Below are positions 11,501 through 23,500 of a stretch of 64,000 nt of DNA, piece after piece. The translations under genes were made by a program, and so were the position numbers. Position 1 is the stretch's first letter; each line of letters begins with the position of its first letter. This DNA is from Octopus bimaculoides (lineage: Eukaryota): contig NC_068985.1 in assembly GCF_001194135.2 (NCBI RefSeq), positions 18,455,320-18,519,319 of the forward strand, given 5' to 3'. Under the pieces are notes generated by a model. It was not told the origin of the DNA and did not search any database. It worked only from the letters and a program-made list of their open reading frames with translations.

Positions 11501-14500
11501 ACAAGATTTTCAAAACCTCTTTGGTAGAAATCACCTGATTTTGACTCAAAAAATTGATCCAACCAAGCTCTCAATTCTGCATCAATATTGAATGAAACTC
11601 CGCGCATAGCATTTGAAAGAGATCGAAAGAGGTGGAAATCCGTTGGTGCCAAATCAGGAGAGTACGGTGGGTGTGGCAGCACTTCTCAGCCATGCATTTG
11701 AGTGGCTTCCTTGGTCATATTGGCGATATGAGGGCAGGCGTTGTTGTGCAGCAGAAGAACACCATGCTGCTGATTAGGTCTTTTCTCTTGAATAGTCATG
11801 ATTAGAAAATACTTCAGTTTTTAATTGTTGGAAACCTACTGAATACCAGTGCAATCCTCAGAGTGTTGCTTACACATAGTATATCTGGATCAGTGTTTGT
11901 GTCTTGCATACACAGAAACATACTACATAGCATCCAAAATAAACCTATTCAATTCATAGATAAGCTTTCATTCTACAGTCTATAGCAACAACCAGACCAA
12001 TGATGTGCTGTATCCACTCCCTGTTTCTTCTACTGTTACACAACAGTTCCTGTTCTCTTGAACTTGCAAACTCTTTTCTGATGTGTCCACCTTTTCTCTA
12101 ATCTTTCCTACTTTGTCTCAAACATATTTCCTCCCAACTTCTGTAACTTCTCTGGTCACCAATGAAAGCCAGAAAGTCGGTTATTTCCCAAGACAGCGAA
12201 TAATGTGAGAAAAAGATTGAAAGTTAAATATTTGAAAAATTTACTCTGTTGCAATGAAATAGTAATTTTCCTTTTTTTTTTTTCCTCCTTCCACTTGGGT
12301 GAATAAACTTTGTAAATATTATGTGGAAAGGTATTTCATTGAGTGAAATGATGTGTAAATTGTTCACTGATCATCATTATGCAGATGCTCAAAGGGGCTT
12401 TTAAATATACGATGACACATTGACCATTTTTGTGGACACACAACTGTGTTATTAATGAGCATTGTAGTTTGCTTGAAGCATTGTAGTACAGAAGTAGAAT
12501 GAAGAATGAAATGAGAGATAAAGAAAACGTCTAACAATGCAGAAAGTTTAAGAAATTTTTATATTTCAGGTGCAAAAGCTTATCTTCAGAAGACAATCCT
12601 GCCATTTGATAGATGGCAGGATTATCATAGATCCTGCTGTTTTGGATAGTCTGGTGTAAACTATCCAAAACGGCAGGATCTTTGACTGTATTCTTCTGAA
12701 GATGGGCCTTTGCACCTGAAATATAAAATAATTTTTTTTAACTTTCAGCATTGTTAGATGCTTTCCATATTTCTCATTTAATCAGTATTCTACTTGTGTA
12801 AGTGATTTTTTGATATTTTTGTTGAATATGTTTGTTTTAAATTTATTATCTGAAATTTTAGGGAAAATCTTATTTACTTATTTTCTAGGCTGAACTCCCA
12901 AGTGTTGTTGGGATTGTGGATGAAGAGGTTCCATTTACAGAAAATGAAGCTGAGAGTTTGCCAAAGAATGAAAGAAAGTACTATATTGATACTAACTATT
13001 TGAAGGTGCCAAGAAAAGGAATGGAAATATCTACATTCCTGAAAGATGGCATGAGTAAGTCGTAACTTCTTTTTTTGAAACAAAACAACAAAATATGTTA
13101 AGAATTTTTTTCCTGACACACCTTTGTGGTTCCTCTGCCATTTCATTGATGTTTTCTTGAAAGATCTAGAGCACCATTAGAGAATATTCCTTGAAAAAGA
13201 CATTGCTATGATGAGTATTGTTAACATACAGACAAGTTTGCCACAACTGGTTGGATACTCAGAATGTAAAAGAACTAGAACAAATATCACAAATCATTTT
13301 GTTGAACGTTCTAATAATTCTGTCAGTTCACCATCTTGGTCTGGAACCTAATCTTATCAACATCGGGAGGTTCAAAAAGATGAAGTTGACCATGGTGAGA
13401 TTTGAACTCAGAATGTAAAGAACCAGAACAAGGCATTTTATCTCCATACTCTGACAATTCTATCAATACATTGTCATAGATATTTTACTAGGCTGTTTAT
13501 CATATCATCATTATTAGATCATTCAGAGACTCAGAGCATTCTCAATGGAATTGAGCTCATCATGTCATTGTTCAAAATTTTTCTGAAAATACAGATGAGG
13601 CACAGACATGGCTGTGTGATTATAAGTTCACAACCATGTGGTTCTTGTTTTGACCTCACTGCATGGCACCTTGGACAATACCACCTACTATAGATTAATG
13701 CTTTGTGAGTTGATTTTGGTAGAAGAAACTTTGCACAGAAGCCCATCATGTGTGTGTGTGTCATCATCATTATCATTTTAATGTCCACTTTTCCATGCTT
13801 GCATGGGTCAGATGGAATTTGCTGAGACAGATTTTCTTTGGCTAGATACCCTTTCTGCCACTAATCTTTACTTGTTTCCAAGCATGGTAATGTTTCCCCT
13901 TGGCCAGACATGTTTTTCACAGAAGACTGGAAATGGACAACATATTTATGTAATAGTGACCCTTGTTTACTACCATCCTGTGATGTTGGTCAATACAGTG
14001 GTACACACACATGCATACATAGACACTCAGGCACATACACATGCACAAAATGGGCTGAAATAAGTACTGGTGTTGAGATGATCAACTAAATCTTTGAAGG
14101 CAGTGCTCTAAGAGTATGAGTCATTTTGGCACAGCTGTTTTGGCATCACTTACTTGGCATTGCTGATTCGACACTGACTTATATGACATCACGCATTTTA
14201 ATGTATCTTTCATCCTCTCACCCTCCTGCATTCTCTGTGTTTATGTATGCGAAAATGGTTATATCAATAATTTCAATTAATAAATTGTAATGTCTGTCTG
14301 TCAGTCTCTCTCTTATTGCCCTCTTCTTATCTGTATGTACATATTCTTGTGTGTGTTTGTGTCCTCTCCTCCAACTCCAAAAAGTACAATCACTAAAATG
14401 GGATCAGTACCAATCCAGTCAAAAATCATCAGTGTCCAAACATCTGTGCCCAGTTGTCTCATTCTGGTGCCCCAGCATAGCTGCAGTTCATTGGCTGAAA

Positions 14501-17500
14501 CCAATAAAAGAATAAATACACCTTTTTATCTCCACTACTTCTTTTTTCCCCTTTTGTTAATGTCTTTATTCCACTCCAAGTTTTGCTGTATTTTTCATAC
14601 ATTTACTTAATATTAGCTTATTTAAAAGTGCAACTCAAATTCTGAAGTAGTTGTATGGTGTATTATTACGTGTCATCTGCACAGGAGCCAGTCCATCGGC
14701 ACTGTCCCCTGAAGGGAATAATACTACTGTTGATTAGACCTATAGGAAGCTGCACCACTTCCTATCGGCCTTGACACATTTCCTGTGTCCTTATGTTTAC
14801 AAGGGGGGAGACAAGCGCCTCCTTGTAAACATAAGGACAGAGGAAATGTGTCAAGGCCGACAGGAAGCGGTGCAGCTTCCTATAGGTCTAATCAACAGTA
14901 GTATTATTCCCTTCAGGGGACTGTCACATTAAGTTGACAGCATACAACTACTTCATCGTATCACTACTGCATAAATCTCTCTGAGAGATTTAGAAATGTA
15001 TTATTTTTAAACTCAAATTTTATTTTAATGTTTTCTCTCTTTTAATCAGTTGAAAACTGGGAAACCTATGAGAAGATGGTTGATTATGTGTATTCTCGTC
15101 ACATTAAATCTGAACCTCATCTTCATCCTGTCATGATGTCAGAGCCTGCTGTAAGTTTTTAAAATTTCAATCTGTTTAATTAATGGATAAACATAAATAA
15201 ATCGTAATATATTCGTTTAAGATCATATTTAACACGTTCGAATGTATTCAGACATAATAAAACTTTTAGCTGTGGAGATAGTCTCAGAAGAAAATTCTCC
15301 ACTTAGGCATATGTTGAATTACATTTGTTTTGAGTAACATTTCTGTGTTGTTTTGCTTCATCAGCTATGAAAACCAAATCAGTCGCTCACAATCCATTTA
15401 GAAAACAGTTATTCTTGTTAAATCAGCATATGGAACTTTTGCTGATGTGCAAAACGCTGTTTCAAGCTAGAATTAAATAATGTTGCATGAAGCAGCATTG
15501 AATAAAATATATTTAGCACTGCTTCATGCAACATCATTTAATAAATGATAATGATAAATTCTAATTTTAATTCAGATAACTTCTAATGTGATGTTACTAA
15601 AAAGTCATGTGATATTTTTTGTTCTTTTTTCTGTTAAACAAATAAAAGGAAGTTAATTCATTTACAAGGTGTGGTGAGTAAACTGTTGTTTAAATTATGC
15701 AAAAATGAAAATAACACTGACATCTCATTTTAACAGATATATTTACCAGAATTACATAAAAATATCTCGAAATACTAAAGAGTAAATTTATTCAATAGAA
15801 TTGCCATTGACTTCAACCACAGCCTCCAGATTACTTTGGAATCTCCTGCAACTCTTCTGGATGGTCTCCTTGTTTGAGTTGGTGAATGCTGTCATAATCC
15901 TTGCCTTCAGTTCATCTTTGGTGTTACAAGTTGTGTTGTTGGTCTCTTGCTCAACTGTGCCCCACACATAATAAATAATCAAGGGGGTTGCAGTGTGGGG
16001 AGTTAGGTGGCCAGATGTTAGGGATGATGTGGTCACAAAAATTGCCATGACTGGATTCTCCTGCTTGTGTGACATGGTGCAGAATCCTGTTGCTAGACAT
16101 AGGGTCTTCCAGCAGCCACCCGCTTGACCCAGGGCAGCACTACCTCCTCCAGGCACTTGGTGTAGGCCTCTGTATTCAGTGTGAGGCTGTGTGGGAAGAT
16201 GAATGGAAGCATAACATTGCCATCACTAGTGATCACTCCAAACACCATGATGTTGACTGGATGTTTGATTTCTATCACTCTCGGTGCATGTCCTCAGATT
16301 GCACTGTCCTCAGATTGACACCCAAATACTCTGAAATGTTTATATTTGAGCTTCCAGTGCAAATGCCAAGCTCTACAGCATGTTGTTTCCAAATTTGTGG
16401 CAGAGTGAATTATGTCATGGTGCTGTTTTTTCACAGACAGTGCCCAACTGACCCTACTATACTGTGTAGCCAACAAAATCAAAAACAAACAATGCAAATG
16501 CGTGAAATTAAAAATATAAAATGGGGTCAATTTACTCAATTTACTGTATGTGTTGTGCACAATATGGAGGATGTACCATATTTGGTAGCATTTGGTATGC
16601 ACATTTTTCTCCACTACCAAGTCTCAAAAAAATTGCCCTGGATTTTATATACAAAGTTGGACCTATAACACATTCTGTAATGTTCTAAAACTTTCTTTTC
16701 TGAATATGTACTACTGTAATTGGGGTACATCTAATATACCCCTGCATCTTTTATGTCATCAAATTCTGTACAGCTCTGATTCTAATTTACTTGTTTATAT
16801 CTAGGTTTGTTTTCTTTTATTTTCCAGTGGAACACAAAAGCTAAACGAGAAACATTAACTGAAGTCATGTTTGAGAAATATAATGTTCCAGCATTCTTCC
16901 TCTGTAAAAATGCTGTTCTTTCTGCGTATCCTTTTAATGTTATTTTAACTTTTTAGATAATTATTTAACCCTTTCGATACTAACCCAGCTGAAACTGCCT
17001 CTGGCTCTGTAGTACAAATGTCTTGTTTTCATAAGTTTTGAATTAAAATCCTTCCACCAAACCTTAGTCACAATTTATGTTCCTAATACTAGCTTAATGA
17101 TAACGAAGTTATTTTACTAAATTCTTTGTTATATTTAAAATTAATTGAAAGAAACACAAAGCATCTCAAAATAAATATGGTAACAAAAGGGTTAAAGTAT
17201 GAACAAATGTGTTACATTTAGAATCAATGTCCTTGATACAAGGTCACACCTATTTTCCCTAGGTGCTGAAGACCTTTTAAGCAATCCTTGCTGTTCCTAC
17301 TAGAACAGATTTCTATTATTACCTCTTTAGCATTTAAACCAGCCATATCTGGCCAAAGTATTTTATGTTCAGATCAGCCATATCTGGCCAAAGTATTTTA
17401 TGTTCAGACCAGCCAGATCTGACCTCTCACACCTACTACGCAATGTCATTCTAAAAATAAATAATCACATTAACAAAATTTCTAAGTTATGAGATAGTGT

Positions 17501-20500
17501 AGATTTATTCAAAACAATGTGAATAAATAAGCTATACATTTGACTGAGTAATCTGAATACTAAAGGGTCAACGCAATTCCTAGTGTGCCTATAACTACTG
17601 AGATTACTTTTGCAGAAACCAGAAAGTCTTCAGCTTTCCCATGCAAAGTATTGGTATTTCCCTATTTTTATTAGATTATTATAGCTTTGTGAAGGCACAT
17701 GGCTCAGTGGTTAGAGCATCGAGCTTACGATCACAAGGCTGTGAGTTCGAATCCCGGACCGGGCTGCATGTTGTGTTCTTGAGCAAGACACTTTATTTCA
17801 CGTTGCTCCAGTTCACTCAGCTGTAGAAATGAGTTGCGATTTCACAGGTGCCAAGCTGTGTCGGCCCCTTTGCCTTTCCCTTGGATAACACTGGTGGCAT
17901 GGAGAGGGGAGACCAGTATACATGAGCGACTGCTAGTCTTCTATAAACAACCTTGCCCAGACTTGTGCCTGGGAGGGTATCTTTCTAGGTGCAATTCCAT
18001 GGTCAGTCATGACCGAAGGGGGTCTCAGCATTATAACTTTAAATATCAAAGCAGATATATGTTGATATAAAACATGTTTGTGTAAAAGAAAACAAAATCT
18101 GTGATAATTTACCTATTTATGTATATTAACCTTTCAGCATTCTTATTACTTTGTCAAATGTAATAATTATTTATTCACATTTTATAAAGTTAATCCTGTA
18201 TTATCTCATAACTTTGAGATTTCGAAGATGTGACTGCTTATTTTTAGAATGACACTTTGCAGGGTAGGTGTCAGAGACTGGATCTGGTCAGTTTGAACAT
18301 AAAACAGGTAGAATATTTGGGCCAAATATAGTTTGAGTGCTAAAGGGTCAAGAGATTCTGTGTTGCAACTCATCTCCATAACAGCGATTAACTTTCCTCT
18401 TAAAAGAGTTCACAGTTTTCTCTGTGCACTCTGTCATCAATTCTGAAATATCTTATGTCTGTAAATTCTAATATTTGGTGGTAAATGTTGAAACAAAGTT
18501 TTAACAGCTATATTTCAAGATAAGTAGCTTAAAAGAATATGAAAAAGACTTTATAGCGGCAGGCGTCTTATCTTGTAAGTTGCTTGGTGACCTCATTAAT
18601 GCCATTGCCATGTAAAATGTACCCAGCACACTCTGTAAAGTGACTGGTTTTAGGAGAGGCTTGCAGCCATAGAAACAAACATTGGAGCTTGGCACAGTCC
18701 TTTGGCTCATTGGCTTCTGTCAAACTTTTTTAACCCATGCTAGCATGAAAAATGGACATTAGATGATGATGGTGAGAAAAGTTAGTCCACATTACTCCAT
18801 AAGAAGCATAGTTGTGACAATTTCATATCAGTGGATATGGTCTTGGGCTACCTCCTTGATTTCAGACCAAGGGAGAATGATTGCTTTTTCTTCATCCTCC
18901 ATGTGAGCAACGCTGAACAAACGTAAATTACGGGAGAAAATGAGGTGTGTGTAAAACATCAGGTTGTAGACGTACAGTCTGGAGGAATAACATTTGTAAG
19001 ACATGAATAAATTCAGTTGCACTTTCTACAATTTAAAGGTTTTTCAAGTTGAAGCTGATATCAGTTCCGTTATACAATACAATGTGAGACAAATGTCATA
19101 ATGTAGATATAAATCTTACTTTAGACGTCAATTTCAGCAAACACGGTAATAACGATATAAGCTTCGTAACAGCTTAAAATAAACGAAGACAAATGACAAA
19201 TGGAGAAGAGAGAAATTGCTCCAGAGTGGTTAAAACAACTTTGGCTTAATGGTCATAATGACTAAAATGGTACTAAGTTAAACTCCTCTGCTCTATTAAA
19301 AGTGATAGAAGGAGCAGCTGGAAAATACATAGTTGACAGTTTGTCTTCACAGCAACTAACTGAACTTTTAGTTTTGGACACCCTTTAGACTTGGGCGGAA
19401 GTTGATGTTTGAATTTTCGCAACGCCAACATTAACTGGTCAGCGCCTGTCTCAAACAACTAACTTGTGCTACAGTAAAAAAAAAAAAAAAAAATTATCAT
19501 GTCTTACTACAAGGTTATCCAACTTTCCTCTTCCCTTCAGGTTACCAATCTAACACTCGTCTTGCAATTCTTCTTGGAGATCTCCTTAGAGTGTGACCGT
19601 TCCAGCCCCATTTCCGTTTCAGAATTTCTTGATTGATGAGAGTTTGGTTCATTCTATCTCACAAACTTATGTTTGAAATTTCATCTAGTCACTGGCAAAG
19701 GTCTGTAGCTTACTCTTTATAGCTTTGGTGACCCTCCAAGTTTTTGACCCTGATGAGGAAACCATTGTACAAAATTAGTTTCTCTATTGATTTGTTAGAG
19801 ATTTTTTTCCTGCAAACATGCAGAGAGGGAGTTGTAAAATACCATCTGGTAACAGGTGGCACTGAGTTACAAAGATTTGAGAACCATTGATTTCGGTGTA
19901 GAAATTATTCAAAATGAAAACGTTTGAATTATAATTCTCTACTAGGTTAAATTTAAAAGTATTTCAATATCAGAAATGGAATTTTAAAGATTTTAGTTGG
20001 GGTTTAAGTAGCACATACCTTTTTTAATGAGTAAACAGTCTAAAAACATATCAATATCCAGAAATATTCAGTTGTCAGATATTTGGTTGTAATTGTCATG
20101 TTAATATTTGGATTAATAAGCAACACGCAGTAAAGTATGTTTAGTTATGTGTGTATCTAGCCTTAAAAATTTAATGAAGATATGAATCCAACTTCAGCAT
20201 TGATCTACAAAGTTCACCAAGGGAAGTAATCATAACTCTGCAAAAGCATTTCATATATTCATTTAGTATATATACTTATTGGGAGGCAGCAAGCTAGCAG
20301 AATTGTTAGTATGCCAGGCAAAATGCTTAGCAGCATTTCATCTATCTTTACTTCCTGGGTTTAAATTCCATCCTAGTTAACTTTGCCTTTCATCATTTTT
20401 GGGTTGATGAAATAAGTACCAGTTGAACACTAAAGCCAATGTAATCAACTTACACTCACCTTTGAAATTACAGGCCTTTTGCCAAAATTTGAAACTAATA

Positions 20501-23500
20501 TATACTAATTGGATCAGTGTGAAAGTACCATGGCCTTGTGGTTAGTGTGCTATACTTGTAATTGTAAAATCATGGTTTTGATTCCTAAACCAGCCAGTGC
20601 ATTGTGTTCTTGAGTAAAGCATTTCCTCAAACATTTCTTCAGTCCACTCAGGTGTAAATGAGTTCCAGCAATATCTGGGAAATTAGCCTTGTAACAGACT
20701 GCCATCCTGTTCAGGAAGGAGTTTTGAAATTAACAGCATTAATATCACATGACCTGAACTGAATAATAGGGGCCTAAATACATAGAAGTCATGTTGAATT
20801 TCTTTCAAACTCTCCATTCCAACTACAAATATCTGATGAGATGAGCATGTCTTGCAGATCTATGAAACAAAGCAATGTAGATCCATGAAACAAACAAATT
20901 AACCCTTTCGATGCTAACCTGGATGAAACTGCTTCTGGTTCCGTAGTACAAATGTCTTTGTTTTCAAAAGTTCTGAATTAAAGTCTTACACCAAACCTTG
21001 ATCACAGTTTATGTTCCTAACACTAGCTTAATGATAACTAAGTTATTTTACTAAATTCTTTGTTATATTTAAAATTAATTGAAAGAAACACAAAGCATCT
21101 TAACAGAAATATGGTAACAAAAGCGTTATATACTTGTAACTCCAATCAAATGTGTGGCATGCAGGATATTTGATGATGATGATGAGGAGGAGGAGGAGGA
21201 GGAGGTTCACTCGTATATATCTATATGTATATCATCACTTTCATCAATATCTCCACTGCAACAAGTACATTGTCATAAATTATCTCTAATGCAGTCATTT
21301 TATATTTGTTTTAAAAGGATTGATTAAGGTTGTAGTTTTACAAACCTATGCTAACTGGACGTGGGTGGGGACTTGAAAATATAATCTAAGTGATTCCTTA
21401 ACAGTGGTTTCCAGTTTTGCAAATGGCCGTTCAACAGGGTTAATTTTGGACAGTGGTGCCACACATACTACAGCTGTGCCTGTCTATGATGGTTATGTTT
21501 TAACACAAGGTAGGTTATGTTCTTTGATTAATTTAACTGCATCATAGGCAAAAAAAACACACATTAAAATGCCTATTTACACACCTTGTACCGTGACTTC
21601 ACATCTCTCCATCTCTACTAGAGGAAACCATGTATTCACTTCTTCAGCAAGACATCTATTCCTGTCCCCACTTTTATAATTTCACATCCTTCAACGCTAT
21701 ACCCCCATTCAGTTGAGTGATCTTGTCTTGCCTACTTACCTTGTACCTTGACTTCACATCTCTTTGTCTGTCTGCTTCTCTCTCTCTCTCTCTCTACTGG
21801 AGGAAGCCATGTATTCACCTCTTCAGCAAGACATCTATTCCTGTCTCCCCTATCATAATTTCACATCCTTCAACATTATATCCCCACTCAGTTGAGTGGT
21901 CTTGTCTTACGAGTACTTGATTTCACTAGTGCTGGTGCCACGGAAAAAACCTCCATTGGTGTTAAGGACATCCAGCTGTTGAAACCATGCTGAAGCAGAC
22001 AGGGCTTGGCACAACCCTCTGGCTCATTGGTTCCTGTTGAGCATGGCAGCATGGAAAAAAAAGACATTAAGTGCTGATGGTATCAACAGTATTGTTATTT
22101 TGTAGCTAGAAAATATGTAACAGCTACGACAAATGTGAATCATACACATATTTACACACACACATTTTCACATATATATATATATACATATACACTCACA
22201 CACACAAAGTTTTGACCATTTTTATATGTGGTCCAGATTCAAATCAACACCAGAGTATATATGCAAATATTTGTAGATATTTATGTGTGTGCTGTCTGTG
22301 AAAGTATATATTATTGGTATGTTTGTGTTCATGCATATTTGAGTAAAAGCAAACAGCTATAGATATAGCTCTGCATCTGTGCTGTTATTACAGGAGTGTA
22401 TATGTATATCTTATCTGATAAGAAGATCTGTATATTTCAGTACACATGTTAACATCATGAATATTCATGAAGGAAGGTGGTAGTAGGGAGCTTTAGGCTA
22501 GAAAGGAAGTTAAGTCGCAAATATACTTGGTTAAAGCATAGGCAGAAAGAAAAAGATTTGCATGTCCTGCAAATTGCAGGTCAGAGGCTTAAAGTGTTTA
22601 GAATTGCAATGAGAGATCAGACTGAGAAGTGTATTTGGAATGATGAAGGCATACTTACCATCGACGTGGAAGACAAGAAAGTAGCATGTAAGTGCTATTA
22701 AAAAAGGCTGCTGAACATGGAGATCACATAGGATAAAGAAATGCTACTTTATGCGATCCTGCAGGAGACGAGCAATTCTGTTGATGGCTGTGTGGTAGAT
22801 AAAGCACTCAAGGACATGAAGAGAAAGAGAGAGCTGCAGGTCTAACAGGGATATTTGAAGAGACTCAAACTATCTGGTGGGGTAGGATACACAATTATCA
22901 CCCAGATAATCAAGTCATACAAACTGTCATGCCCTATTAGACTTACATAGGAGTATTATTGTAAACTATTACAAAGGCAAAGGAGATACCTTAGAAAGAT
23001 GCAACTATAGAAGAACCATAGTTCTAGACCAAATTATTAAGGTCATAGAGAAAACCATAGCCCATTGATCTGATAGAGCAAACCTGGATGGAATACAGCT
23101 AAGCTTTGACCCCAGGAGATGCATCACAGATGTAATCTTCCAAGTTGAAATGTGGGCACGTAAAAAGCACCATTTGAGCATGGCTGATGCCAGTGCTGCC
23201 TGACTGACACCCATGCTGGTGGCATGTAAAAAGCACTTACTACACTCAGAGTGGTTGGCATTAGGAATGGCATGCAGCTGTAGAAACTTTTCCAAATCAT
23301 ATAAGGGCCTAGTGCAGTCCCCTGGCTTTCCAGTTCGTAGTCAAACCGTCCAACCCATGCCAGCAGAGAAAGTGGACGTTAAACAACAACGATGATGATG
23401 AGTCCTGTTACTTTTTGATCAGCCTTCATATATATATCATAATTGTGACTGTGTGGCTCCAATAGTCCCAGTTGACCAAGACCTTGTGAGTGGATTTGTT

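Noticed and set aside
15473-15541. 23-bp hairpin as a miRNA precursor
   Set aside because: 22/23 stem with TTAA ends fits a minimal MITE or local inversion; no conserved miRNA recognised and no expression data.
17340-17408. 35-bp-period tandem duplication (also 30-bp period at 28890-28942)
   Set aside because: Ordinary slippage duplications; the first lies between internal repeats of a MITE.
17694-17765. tRNA gene
   Set aside because: Box A/B are present, but it continues into a multi-copy SINE body and I could not form a convincing cloverleaf.
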